From: Sphagnum compactum
Lineage: Eukaryota
DNA length: 64,000 nt
NCBI GenBank assembly: GCA_965153455.1
Contig: OZ234493.1
Span: 5,704,001-5,768,000, forward strand
Reading direction: 5' to 3'
A program made the position numbers and the translations under genes. Under the pieces are notes generated by a model, which was not told the origin of the DNA, did not search any database, and saw only the letters and a list, made by a program, of their open reading frames with translations. Position 1 is the first letter of the stretch. Each line of letters opens with the position of its first letter. Positions 35,296-48,922 of the stretch are shown one piece after another.

Positions 35296-35824
35296 GGACT
35301 GACTGGGCAAATTGAATAATTCTCTGTTGGGTAAAACACCTGATCGAGTGACAACTTAATTACCGTGTGGAATTTAGCTTTTTCTATGGCGTGAAAAGAG
35401 GAGAAATCAGATTAACTGCAGAGAGTACGTGAGTTCATGGATGAAGACTTGATGAGTGACTGACTGGATGGATCCATTGAACACGTATAGTGTTTTTTTT
35501 TTGGTGGGGTCTGGATGATTCGTTCACGAAGGCTATTGGCAAGACTGTTAATCGCCTCGGTCGTCGACAAATTAACTGACTGGGTAACATTGAGTAATTC
35601 TTAGTTGGTAAAAAAACTGATGGAGTGAGTGACTTAATTACGGTACGGTAATTTGGCTTTCTATGGCGTGGACAGTGGAAATCGGATTAACAACAAAGAG
35701 TAGGCGAGTTCATGGATGAAGAGATGACGAGTGAGTGGATGGATTTATGATGAGTTTTAGATTTTTCGTGGATGACTCGTTGACGAAGGCCATGAGCAAC
35801 GCTGTTAATCGCCTCGGTCGTCGG
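35296..35824. repeat. ~275-bp tandem duplication upstream of the ATX gene
   Basis: ACTGACTGGG...CTATGGCGTG...GAGTTCATGGATGAAGA...CTGTTAATCGCCTCGGTCGTCG occurs twice (~35296-35567 and ~35574-35824). Confidence 0.85.
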
Positions 35825-36546
35825 CAAGCGGAGTTCGTGTTTCGCCATTTTGGCGATAGAGATAGAGGCGGAAAAGAGGAAAATGGCGAAACTCCCTTCC
35901 ACGCTCGCGGGAGAGACGGGGAAGAGGAGTAGAAGGGAGAGAGGAAGCGCACCTCCACACGCACTCGTGCGCACCTCCGTTGCTGCGTTTCCTTCTCCGA
36001 TTCGCGCACTGCGTTTTGTCATTTCGTGTTCCGCATCTGCTCTTCCATCGATTATTTTACTTGGGTCTCCCATCGCGCTTTTGTCCGACGCGGTTTGGTG
36101 CCGTACTGCTCTTGTTCTGGTCGGCCGTCGTTTTGTCAAGGAAGGGCAGGCAGGCAGGCAGGCAGAAGAGAAGCGCGCTTTGCTTCTGGTTTGGTGTTGT
36201 TGTTGTTGTTGTTGCTTTGGGTGTGCGCCTGCTATCTGTTTGTTGCTTTCCGTCCTTCCGTCGTCTGCGTCGCTTTTCTTTTGTGGGTTTGTTTCAAGGC
36301 TTCGTTTCCGTTGCCGGATCGTCAATCTGTTGCCTGCTAATTTTTGTGTGTGAAGAGCGGAAAGCGGAAGTGCCTTATGGGCTCCGAGAGAGTTCTGAGA
36401 ATGGGTCTTCAGCTCAAGACGAAATCGGAACTAGCGCTGCTGAGATCTCTGAGTGATTGAGGAGCTCGCCACGGAGAGAGACGTTAGCTGCTTGCGGCGG
36501 CGTTTCTGGGATGTAAAAGGTTTGCAAGCAAGAAGGCAAAGGAGTC

Positions 36547-37541
36547 ATGGAGAACCGTCGTGTTGTTGTGACCACTCCGGGTCCTGTTGAACCACAACCA
36601 CGAGACTCTCCTGCGCAACCTCGAATTGCGAGACTGCAGATGATGCGAGAGCAGCAGCAACAGGTGGGAGCAGCGAACGTCGTGGGGCCGATGAGTTTTC
36701 ACGTCATGTGCGACCACGACCCTCTCCAGCAGCAGCAGCAACGCCATCACAACACATTGCTGCAGCATCAACAACAGACGGTGCTGCTGGCAAGCCAGTC
36801 CTCCTCAGCTCTCAAGCGCAGTATACGCAAGGCAAAGATGCTTGAGAAGCAGCAGCAGAGGGCAGCAAGCAGGTGTGCATCCAAAAACAAGAGCCCTAAG
36901 AAGGTCACGAAGACTTCATCAGTGGAGCTCCTCAATGGAATTTACAGCACGACTACGAGTCATCGTCTTCCGCTGCCCAGCAGCAATTCACATTGTGAGC
37001 AAGGTACAGCAGCAGTCATAGTTGCAGCTTTCTCTCTTGTTTTGCACTTACTTTACATTAGCTTGAGAACTATGCCATCATCGAAGATTTTTTTTCTGTG
37101 GGTGGTGGGTTGTGATCGTCAACAATTCCCCAATTGTGGCACAGGATTGATTTGTATACACAGTAGTTCCTTCCACAAAGCACAATTGATGATGGGTAGT
37201 AGCTAGCTTTCCTTCACATCTCTCAGAATTTCCAAATGTCATTGGAGATGAAAGCATTGCTTTGATGATGGGTAGCTAGCTTGTCCTTCACATCTCTTAG
37301 GATTTCAGAATGACATTGTTGTAGGTGAAAGCATTGCTTTGATGGGTAGCTAGGTGTTCTTCACATCTCTCAGCATTTTTGAATGTCATATGTAGATGAA
37401 AGCATTTACTTTGATGGGTAGTTAGCTGTCCTTCACATCTCTTGGGATTTCTGAATGTCATTATTGTAGATGAAAGTATTGCTTGCTTTGTTCCTTCCTT
37501 CCTTGGTAGGTGTTTTGCAGAATCATCAAAAGAGTTGTGGA

Positions 37542-37590
<49 letters not shown>

Positions 37591-40500
37591 TGGGTATATT
37601 TCTCTTCTTCCAGAATTCTGAGTCTGTTATATAGATGGGAGGATTTCGTGAGTGGTAGGTAATTGCAGGCATTTCCTTAGTAGTTACTGGAAACAGATCT
37701 TAGGTTGGTCATTGCCTGATTGGCATAATCTTTTATTGTGGTTGAACTACAGCTGCTGCAGCAGGTCCACATGAACTTGGATCTTCTTCAGTTGATGACA
37801 ACAGTGGCAGGATGATGATGATGAAGGAGACAGAAGCGGCAGCAGAGTGGCAAGCAGTTTCTCTTATATCTCATGCAAGTGGCCCTGAGAGCTTGGTACA
37901 AGCTTCTTCTTCACCTTCAGGCCCAGAAGCTGTGACAGTGGATTTTTGTACAGGTTATAATTTGGAACAAAAATCAACTACAGCAGACATACTCCCCATG
38001 TCAGAGAAAGCTGAAAAAAGTCCTTCGGACTTGTGCTCGGTCATCTCTCATGTCCTGCATTCTTCCAACTCCAGAGGTGGTGGTGAGAAGCAAGATATGG
38101 AAGTTGATGAGGATTGGAGTTTTTCAACACAATTTCCTCCAGTTCAGGTTCACAACTTCAGGGAAGACTTCAGTGCTTTGAGAGGTGGTCAAGTGACAGT
38201 ATTGCAGCAGGTTTCAGAGAGTTTTCCAATGGTCCATGACAAGAAGATGCAGGATGAATCTCCCAAGTTGGTAAAAGAGGACCCAGGTCTGCACCTTACA
38301 CTGGTTGTTAGCTGTTACTGTCTTCTCTTTTGCTTTCTCACTGGAATTTCTGTGTGTGTTTGTGTGTGTGTGTGTGTCCCAGTTTCTATAACTTATGTAG
38401 TTTTGGGTATGTGCCCAGCAGTTGAGGGAGACAACACAAACCAAGCTTCCTGCACAGATTCCACAAATCCACAGGCAAGAGTTGGGAAGGAGCTGTGTAC
38501 CCGGAAGAAGGGAGAGAACTTGAGTGATCCACACTCAGCAATTTTCTCAATCCCAATTCAAGGAAATGAAGCAGCACAACCAAACAACAGGGAATCTCCA
38601 GTAGTAATGCAGGTACTTTTTATCAGGAAACTTGTCTTGGACCGACTTCTGGGCTGTGATGGTTCCTGGTATGGTAATGAGGTATTTCTTGGCTGCAGGT
38701 ACAAAGCCCCCAGGATCTGTCAAGATTTGCAAATCTGCAGAGGCATGATCCTGCATTAATGGGTGGCAGATGTCATCACCAGAGTGACGCTATCACAGAT
38801 GTGCTTCAAACTGGTGGAGGGGGAGTTGAGCTTGTGGTTTCCAGTATCAATAGCATCTCTGGTGCTATTATTGCTGGTCAGCAGGTGCAGGAGGAAAAGC
38901 TGAAACAGGAGAGAGAGCCCGCTCCATTGACTCCAGAAAATTGTGATATTGTTGACAAGGATTCAGCCACGGATTTGAAGCTTCTTTCTCCCACTGACAT
39001 ATCTGTTTCAGCTGGAGTTTTCAGTTCACCACAGCCACTGATGCAGCAGCATTCACAATCGGGTGCCAGTGGTTCTTATGGTCATATATCAAAGCTATCA
39101 GGTTTGCATGAAACATTCAAGTCTTTTCCATATGTGATTGGATTTAATAGCCAATGATTGTATCCAGTTCTCAACGACATCATCTGCACTTGATTCAACT
39201 GAAAAAAGAGTTCTGTTCTCTTGTACTGTTGTGCACAGACTTCTGGAGGCAATAGCATTTTGGCGAGGCTTGTTGTTGGTTACAACTAAATTTTGTCTGA
39301 TTTCTTTCTTTGAGCAGGTCCTATGGGGGCAACTGAGTTTTCAAATCTCAAGCATGGGAGTCAACGAATCTCCCGGTCTGAGGATGAGAAACTTGGAAAT
39401 GTTACTCAGGATATCAGGGAGGGTGGTGGTGGGTTCACTCCACCCTTGGCAAAACGGCACAAGGGCAATACTGGGCTTGCTGGTGGGCTTGATGTGCTGG
39501 TTGATGCTGCACAGGTTGTTGTTCATTCATAAAATCCATTCCTAGTCATTCATTGAACCTTTTTTCCATGGTTGTGTGTTTCTCCAATACATGGGGGGGG
39601 GGGGGGGAATGATGGACTTTACTGACATGTTGTTGTGCTCTTTTTCCCTGAGCATTTTGCACAGGTAGCGGCAGGATCCTCATTTGCAGCACAAGAGAAA
39701 GCCTCTTCTCCAGGACAAGAAGATGACCAAGTAGAGAGCTTTGAGGTAGCCACCACCCAACAACTTCCGAAACAAAAATCAAGTGCAATGCAAGGTGAAT
39801 TGACATTCTACAGGAGGCGTAATGGGCGACACCAAGGTAATAATAGAGCCAAAGCTCCAGGGATTAGAACAGGAGGAGGTGGTGAAGCAGGAGGAGGGGA
39901 AAGTGGGATGATGCCCAAAAATACCCCGGTTCTGGTTCCTCTTTTGCAGGCTATGACCACATCACCTCTTGCAGGAGGCACTAAAACACACACACTGAGT
40001 AGTAAAGATGGGAGCAAAGATTTTGGCTCTGCGAGTAACTCTCCTGTCCCAAAGAAGGCAAGAACATCAGTAGCTGTAGCCATTGATTGTAAGAAAAGTT
40101 TCACTGGAGCTAATCCATTAGGTGAAAATCTGGAAAACAGGAAAGTACCTCCTCTTCCCTTGGATGAAAAGAACGTCTTTACAGTGGGTACTACCAATGC
40201 CAGCAAAGATAATGTGAAGGCAAAAGGATCTGGGGTGTCATTTGATTCAAAAATGTGCTCTGGTGGAGCCAATTCACGGAAAGATGGTGAGAAGGTAGAA
40301 GCATCTGTTGCCTCATTCGATTGGACAACATTTTCCAGTGGCAGGCCTAGAGCTAGCAAAATGGAGGAAAACTCACGAGAGTCAGTTACTCCATACTACT
40401 ACTCAAAGAAGGCAATTGTTGGTGCCAGAGGATCTAGATCGGGTATCTCATTTGATTCAAAAAGTACTTCAGCTGGATCCAAAGCAGCAGGGGAGGAGCT

Positions 40501-43500
40501 CAAAACATCAAAAGCCTCAAGTGATTCAAAAAGTTTTGTTGGACTCACACTGGGTAATGATTCAAAGAAGGTGAAGAAGGTAGCAGCATCTGTCATGTCT
40601 GTCACTCAAATGAAAGACACAGGTGTTCAGAAACGGGGTGGCAAAGCACGACAAGTGGCGAGTGTAAAGGGAGAAACCAACAACGATATCAAACATGAAG
40701 ATGTTGATGATGATGGGCTGCTGCCCCCTTCAAAGGAAACCACTGCGTTGGTGAGGTCAAAACGAGGGCGCACACAAGCCCTCCCTTCAAGGTTTCGAGA
40801 CTCTGTTGTTACACCATTAGTCAAGGGAAGCCCAAAGGGATCACAACATTATTCTCCAGATGATTGTTCTGAAGCAGCTCCTCCTCTTTCAGCAATGGTA
40901 GTGACACCACCAACAAATCCCAAAAAGCGCATTAAGCTTTCAGGTGGCAGTGATTCCACCAATGCCAACCCCCTTGGAGCTTCAAGTGACCCTGCGAGTA
41001 ATAAGATGCACCACAGTCGAAAAGAAAATGCAAGCAACAAAGGTGACTTCAGCTCAGAGTCACTGAACTCTGTTGCTGCTGGAGAAGACGTCAACAGAAG
41101 AAGAGATTTTTCTTTATGTGAAAGCCAAACAAGAGTCATGGACTTGGATGGTACAGTACCAGACGCAGAAGTGAAAGACACCATCATTGCAACAGCACCA
41201 GATGTGCACAGTTTGGAGGGTTTTGAGCTGGGTGAGATTGTGTGGGCCAAGTCAGGGAAGAGAAACGATCCTGTATGGCCAGCAAAGGTTATTGACCCCA
41301 TCCAAGAAGCTCCAGAGTTGGTTCGCAAACTCTCATTGCCAAATCACCTTTGTGTCATGTTCTATGGGCCCTCTTTATCCAAAGGCAAGCAGCGGGTATG
41401 TACCTATCAAAAGCTTTTTACTTTGTGCAAAGGGGTTTGTTAAATTTTTTTTTGGGCCTTGGGAGCACAACAAAGATGATCAATCCTTAGATCTTTCCAG
41501 TCTACCAGAATCTTGCATTCAGGTCCTCTCTTTTTGTTGCAGGATTATGCATGGGTGAAGCAAGGCATGATGTTCCCATTCAACAGTTACCTTGAGAGGT
41601 GAGAGTCTTTCTGTGGGTCTTTGTAATATCAGTGGCTGCTGGCATTTGCTCCATCTCCAGTACCGAAGGTGGCATGCTACCAAGTGATTGGGAAGATGTG
41701 TGGCATGCAGGGTGTTAGATTGAGACAAGATTTTTCTCTGACCCAGTTTGACCCATGTCCTTTTTAAGATCATTCTTTGTGTTAGAAAAAATGTCCTGGC
41801 AAAGTGAAAATGCTTTTGGTGGCTATGGGATCAGGTTTCAACAACAAACACGGTTAAATAGGAGCCGTCCAAGTGATTTCAGGCAAGCGATCAATGAGGC
41901 CAAGCTTGCAGATCTTGGTTTTGAGGATGGCCATGAGGATTTGAAAGGAAAAGTGCATCCTTCATTTGTGGCAAACAAGGCAAATGCTCTTCCTGCTGGA
42001 CATGAGGAATTGTTGGATGATGTCTATTCTGTTGATACCATTAAGGCCCTACCAGACCCTTTGCCTTCGGATCCAATGAAGGTACTATTTTTCCTCTTTA
42101 TCCTACCGCAAGTAGAAGCAGCAGCAACAGCCCCTCTTCTCTCATAGACTGTGGATACTATAGGAGGACCCTTTGAACTGTAAGCAATTCTGTGATCTTG
42201 AGAGGATTGGGTACAGATGAAACCTTCTCCCTTTGCACTTTGACTTACCCTCCTCTGATTGTCATTGATTTTTGTAACTTTGGCAGGCAACATCAGCCAG
42301 CTCCAAGTTGAAGCGCACTTGCATAGGGTGCTTGGCAGAGCTGCCTGCGCAAAAAAAGGAAAGTGCAAAGGACAACTTGTTGTGCAAACACTGTGCGAAG
42401 GTAATGTTGAATATTTTAATTCTTCCTGGTCATTGATTGCTTCCATTCCCCACAACATTTCACCATACTGGACCAGCTATCCATTTGACCCTAAACCCTA
42501 AACCTAAAACAGCATAAGTTTGATTTGACTCTTAAAATATATAGCTGCAGCTTTAAACTCTGAGGTGGCTCTTGGTCAAATACTTAGTAGTCAGGAAATG
42601 CACCTGACAGGATCCATCATAACTGTAAGATCTCTTTGTATGTTTTGACTATGGTTTTCTACAATGAATTATTTTTGCGCTGTTTTGTTAATGGTCTGCA
42701 GTTGTACAAATCAAAGCAATATTGTGGTGCTTGCAAGAGAGTCTGGCTTCCAAATGACAATAGTAGCTTTGTAAGTATTTGAGCCCCCCGCACTTCTCAG
42801 ATCACTACTATCTGTCTTGTTTGTGATGGTGAATCCAGTTGTGCATGTGACTCGCATTAACTTTGAGACACTTCCAAATGACAAAACTGAATTGAATAGC
42901 CTTATCTTTCTTGATCTGGGAAGTATGAGAAAGGAGATGTGCATCCACAAGAGCTTCCAAGAGGATATGTTTGCAATTGTCAGTGTTTTTGGGCTCTTCA
43001 TCGAGTAGGATAGCTCTTTTACGCGGACTTGCTGCCTGCTCCCTGAGACAGGTTTTAGCAAGTTTCATTGGATTCCAGGTTAAGTGTTCTTCAAGACCCA
43101 ACTTCAGTTAATTCTTTCTTTGTGTCTACAGGCACAATGTGACAAATGCGAGATATGGATTCATGCTGATTGTGACAAGCTCACCAACAAAAAACTGCAG
43201 GTTATTGACATGTTGACTTTCTCATCCTGTATTGGTGCCAGATGTTGGTTGAGAAGCAGGATTTTGCTGCAAGAGTTCAACCTGATGTCACTGCCATTGT
43301 ACACATGCTGGAACTGTTCTTTTTGAGGGCCCACTTCTGAGGCAGAGTGGTTCTGATGGTTACTGGTTGGGTTGCAATTTACAGGAACTTTCAGATGGGG
43401 GTTCATACATCTGTCCTGAATGCAGGAAGCTTCAAGGCTTATCAAAAAAGCACAAAGCAGCTGAGAAGTATGTCTCTACTCATTAGTTCTTTCTCAAGTT

Positions 43501-46500
43501 TGAAGTTAGCATTTGCCTGTGTTTATTATTGGAATGCAAATCAACTCTGTGACTGATAGACCTTGCTGGGTTTGTTGTAGGAGTTTGAGAACCACTGCTA
43601 ATTCCCAGAATTCTTTTTGGTTATACACTCTCCTCACCACATTTGTTATCTCGATGGTTCAGGGTAGAGGCAGATCCAAGCTCATTTTTGGTTCAGGAGC
43701 ACTTGCCTGTACTCTGCTGCAGAATGGAGGGGGATTATCTGCCAAAGTATCATGAGTAAGTGGACCTCATGAAACACAGACATTGAAAGCATGTTGGGTG
43801 TTGTTTTGTGTGTGCCCATTGATTCATTTTTCTCTAGCTCTCTGATTGTGTTGTTGAGTCCTGTTACCATCCTGTATCATTTTGTGGCATGTGTATTTCT
43901 TTCATTACTGGCTGTTTGGAATGATCCACAAACAATATTGCAAGACATTAGAGCATGTGTGCAGAAGGATTATTTTGTCTTTTCTTTTTCTTTTTTGTTT
44001 CTCTGAGCTTTCTTTCTTTTGGAGAAATTCTTCAACATTTCAGTTCATTTTTTCCCATGCTTTAACTTCTTCTCTGTTGACTTGTGTGTTCAGAGTGATT
44101 TGCATGTGTGATGCATGTGGAGGGAAGGGGAAACCCATGAGACCTTCAGAGTGGGAAAGACACACAGGATGCCGCAAGAAGAAGTGGAAGGAGAGTATTC
44201 GTGTGAAGAATCCTGATCAGCCGTTGGTGAGCTGGGTAAGTCATCTTTTACTTTGTCTCCAGTTGAGAATGGTTTTGTGATTGGAATGGCTAAGGCTAAT
44301 ATGGTGATTTTTACATATGGTTGAAATGCCATTCCTTTATGTTATCTTCTCCTCCCATTATGCAGAGGGAGAGAAAGCAAGTGCCAAAGACATTGGAATT
44401 GGAAATGTTAACTACTCCTTTTTTGGTTGGAATTCTGATGCAGCTTCAGCAAATGTTGGGTGCTGGAGCTATTGGACTTGCGTATGAACTACCGGACATA
44501 ATTGTACCAGCCAAGCAACGCGAGCAGGCTCTGCTATCAGTCCTAGATGGTGAGACCAGGAATCCTGAACCTGCTGCTGAATGTCATCTTCACCTGAAGG
44601 TTTTCAAACTGTTTTTTTGCTCCTTTCAAATAATTGTGAAGAAATCAATGGTTGACATGGTTCTGCCAAGTGGGTAGCATTCGGAACATCTTCCAAAAGA
44701 AGTTTAGCAGAATCTTCTATGAATGTAGTTACAGTTAGTTAATATTGTGTAAATAGATACAGGTTCATGTTTCTTTGGTGGATTCAACATGGATTTATTG
44801 TTTGACAACCCTGAATTTGGGAACAGCTCCATACAAGCCTGTAGAGTCAACTTGGACATCGGAGAGGTGTGCAGTTTGTCGATGGGTCGTGGATTATGAT
44901 TACAACAAAATGATTATCTGCAATCGGTAAATCACATTTTTTATCATTTCTAAAGTTATCGTGTACTTGGATTATGTGCCCCACTTTTTTAGACCCAATT
45001 CCTCCAGCACGTTTCTGCAGCATATTCATTGGTGTAGAGATTCAGAAGTCTTTTTGGGGGGGGTGGGGGTTAGGGACCCTTGAGGTTCCTGGGGCTTTTG
45101 GCAAACTAGCAAACTTAGGATTTTCTCTTCTGTTTGGTTTTGTGTCAGTTGTCAAGTGGCAGTTCATGAAGAATGTTATGGAGTGAAGGCATCTGAGAGC
45201 ATGGGGTCATGGGTTTGTCGAGCATGTGAGACGCCAGATCATGAACGAGAATGTTGTCTGTGTCCTGTAAAAGGTGAGCACTAGTGCGCTCTTTGGCACT
45301 GAACCTTTTGTTCTTTCTTTGATGGGAGCTTTCTCCTTTTCAGCTTGTCTATTTGGAAGTCTCTGGGATTGAATGCTTCAGCAGCTGTGTACTGAGTTTT
45401 GAACCTTTCAGTTCTGAATTGCATGCACATTTCAAGTGACTGCTTTGAGAGACTAACATACATTTGATAGGACTTTGACATCTATTTCCACTTTTTTCTG
45501 CAATGTCTTTCTACTTTCCTGGAGAAGCAAAGCAAACTTTGGCCTACTCTGAAAATGTGTATTGTGTTGCAATGTGTGTGTGTGTGTGGACAGGTGGGGC
45601 ATTGAAGCCTTCAACACTAAAGGGCTTATGGGTACACATCACATGTGGATGGTTTGTCCCAGAGGTGAGATTCAAGGATGCTGCCAAGATGGAGCCTGCT
45701 GATGGACTCATTGACATCAACCTTTCAACCTTCCATCAGGTTTGTCAGATACCCATTATGTCCAGAATTTTTTCATATTATGTGCTTGTGATTCTATACT
45801 GCTCATGTGGCTCATGACGTTCAGAACTGAACTGCGTGTGCCATGTGTGTGCATATGCAATGGCTTTTTTTTTGTCATCAGGCATGTACAATATGCCGAC
45901 AGAGACATGGATCCTGCATTCACTGTGCTCACAAAAATTGCCGGACATCATTTCATACCATGTGCGGATTTAGAGCTGGCTACCACATGGAGGTATAAGA
46001 CATAAGACATTGCCAAACCTGCTAACCTTTTTGTAGTGACCAGATACTGTCATGTTGCCATGATCTAGGGTTTATTTTCTATCAGAGGATTTTTTTCCCA
46101 AGAGAAATATCACCTTTTCAGCTGTTTTTTACATGGCCTCAAGCCACTAATTTCTTACAAGTATGTCACCTGGTAAATTTTGCAGATGTGTACAGTAAAC
46201 AAATCTGGAGCTCCCTTGACCAGGATGAATATGTTCTGCAGCACTCATAGGTAAAATCACAGGAACAGCCTTGATAGCACTTTTGGAAGTATATGAATAA
46301 GACCTTTGGATATGTAAAGCTCATGTACTTGTTGTTGGAAGTGAAAGTACACATGATTCTTGCTTGGATTGTTGCTGCAGGACTCCAAATCCTGATACCT
46401 TCCTGGTGTTGAAATCACCACAAGGGAAAACCCTGAAGAAAGATTTGCAGCAGGCTGGAGGGGTAGAGGAGAATGCTGTGAACTCAATTGCTGCTGGTGG

Positions 46501-48922
46501 CTATATCTCTGGCACCCATCAAAGCTCCTTAGAGCATTGTGCCAGTGACAACCTGTCATCAGCTGCTAGGTGTCGTCCGTACACCACATACAACAAGGGT
46601 GCAAAAGTCAAGGTCTGTGCTACCCACCTTTGGACCCCATAGAATGTTCCATTGAAGATGTAGCATGTCCTTGAAGATGCATGTTGTTATACAACAGAAA
46701 TGTATGTCGGGATTTTTAGGCCCAGAATCCAGATTTGGGCACAAAAGGGAGGTTCTGGATCAGCAAGGTTATGAAGCAGAACCTTCATTCTGACAAAAAG
46801 GTGATGAATGACAGAGGCGAGGAATTGCAATTGCATACCGTGCCACAGGTTTCAGCTGGAATTCTGTCGAGAATATCAACAGTCTGAGGGTGAAATTTGA
46901 ATTTCTCAAAACCTGTAAATTTTATACTGATAGATAGGCTTACCACACTGTTTCTACTCTCAATTCTCATTTTTCTGGCAAGAGAAAAGTGTCCTTGAAT
47001 GCAATGCATTTGTTTCTTTTTGGACTCTCAATGTCTGGACATCTGAAATGCAATTGACACTTAATATCACACTTAGGGCAGCAATCGTTTTCATTTGTGA
47101 TGACATCTGTGCAATATTGATTGTGATAGGATTTCCCCATGTTGGATCCCAAAAAGGTTTTCTCAAATGAAGAACGCCTCACTTTCCTTCAGGTAGATGA
47201 ATTTTCTGCAGAGAAACTGTTGTCTTGACTATGTTCAACAGAAAGAAACTATGCAGTTTGGATCCATAAGTGTGACTTAACTGCTTTGACAAGTGATGTC
47301 AACTGTGCTGGGTTTTGGGTCTGTCACTGTCCATCTGTGAGGCTCAATGCTCAAAGTCGGCTACAAGAGAGGAAAATGAGGGAAATTTTGGTTCATGTTT
47401 GTTACCTTGTTTTCTCATTTGTAAGGGTGTTTCTTTACTGGAATCATGAAGTGGCATAGGCTGCAAAGAAATCTACTGTCTCCTTTGAGTACTTTGTGAT
47501 CTGTGGGTTACATCATAATCAGTGTTTCATTGTACCCATTTGTATGATGGGATTGAATTTATGAAATGCTGAGACATTAAGAGCTTTTTTTTTCCAGAAA
47601 ACAGAGAAGAAGACAGTGTGCTTTGGCAAGTCAGCAATACATGGTTGGGGATTGTTTGCTCGACGTGCCATCCAAGAAGGCGAAATGGTACAAATTCTCT
47701 ACTCAATTGTCCTCACTAAATTCAAAGTATGTCATTACAGTGAGCCTTGCATGTTGAATAGAACAAACTATAGAGGTTGCAATGGATGGTTCTGCTTGCA
47801 TGGTTGTTCAATCACACTTGAGCTGTCAAATTTACCAAAATGAAATTGTTCATACATGTGATCAAGAACGGAAATTTCCCGCTGGTACTTCAGGCCATTC
47901 TTTGTTGTGACTTCTGCATGGGTGATCACCAAAAGGCTGTGTAATTTGCCAGGAAATCTAATATTCAAGTTCTGTTTCTGAAACCTGTTTCTTGTTTTGC
48001 ATCAGGTTTTGGAGTATCGAGGAGAGCGAGTACGGCAGAGTGTTGCAGACTTGCGAGAGATCAAATACAATAAAGAGGGCAAGGATTGCTATGTATGTTA
48101 TGAATTTTTCCATGGCCTCTTTGTTCTGTTATATATAAGTTATAAATAGTTACAAGCATAATTGTGGCAGATTGGATGTTTAACATGAATCATCTTATGT
48201 CTCTTGCAATTCGCAGCTGTTCAAAATTAATGAGGAGATTGTTATTGATGCTACTGAGAAGGGCAACATTGCCCGGCTCATCAACCATTCTGTAAGTTAC
48301 CATTGCTGAGCTTTTCTTTCACATGAGCACAAACAAAAAGCCATTTATCCTGTCATGCAGCCCGAAACATTGGTGGACGGTTTGCTTTAAGAGTTCCAGT
48401 GAAAAATTTAATACAATTGTCTGAATGGGTAGTGGTGTTTGAGAGTAGCTAGAAAGCACATTGGTACTGTTGTGGGTCTCTAAACTAGAGAGTAGTTCAA
48501 GAAAAGGGAAATGAGGAAAAAAGGTTAATTTCAATGCATGTGTCTGATCCGTGGCATTAAGGTCTAATCCTAACAAATTGTGGTGTTACAGTGCGAGCCC
48601 AGCTGCTATGCAAAGATTTTGGACTTCCAGCGAGTGGATGGAGAAGGAGACAGTCGCATAGTGCTCATTGCACGGAAAGATGTTGCAGCAGGGTCTGAAC
48701 TGACGTAAGTTGTCTCAGCCAAATGCAATTTGAGCAATGACATCCACTTCTTACATGTCCTGAGGCTACCCAGGTTGAATTCCTAATATAGAAAACTTTC
48801 TACTAACAGTCACCATTAATCATGATGTCATTTCCAGATACAATTATCGGTTCGATGAAGAGGACTCACAGAAAGTGGAGTGCTTTTGTGGCGCACCCAG
48901 CTGCCGGCAATTCATGAACTAA
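36547..48922 (+). CDS. Trithorax-like histone H3K4 methyltransferase, ATX3/4/5 clade (PWWP, PHD, SAND-like, ePHD, SET, post-SET)
   Basis: Exons: 36547-37003, 37753-38286, 38419-38612, 38699-39101, 39318-39514, 39665-41395, 41543-41598, 41835-42081, 42287-42400, 42702-42770, 43132-43200, 43385-43467, 43663-43755, 44094-44235, 44444-44549, 44827-44926, 45149-45273, 45594-45739, 45882-45992, 46186-46250, 46381-46612, 46815-46889, 47130-47192, 47598-47686, 48006-48092, 48217-48291, 48592-48704, 48838-48922. Motifs: [106 protein letters not shown]. The N-terminal low-complexity exons are less certain. Confidence 0.93.
37186..37484. repeat. ~70-bp intronic minisatellite, about 4 copies
   Basis: Unit TTGATGGGTAGCTAGCT.TCCTTCACATCTCT.AG.ATTT...AATG.CATT...GATGAAAGCATTGC in ATX intron 1, followed by (TA)n(GA)n at ~37543-37590. 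Confidence 0.88.

Noticed and set aside
35687-36456. Several overlapping 100-212 aa ORFs upstream of the ATX gene
   Set aside because: GC-rich promoter/leader with microsatellites and no recognisable domain; most likely spurious.
39808-41328. Long antisense ORFs (183 and 159 aa)
   Set aside because: These are shadow ORFs opposite the large ATX exon.
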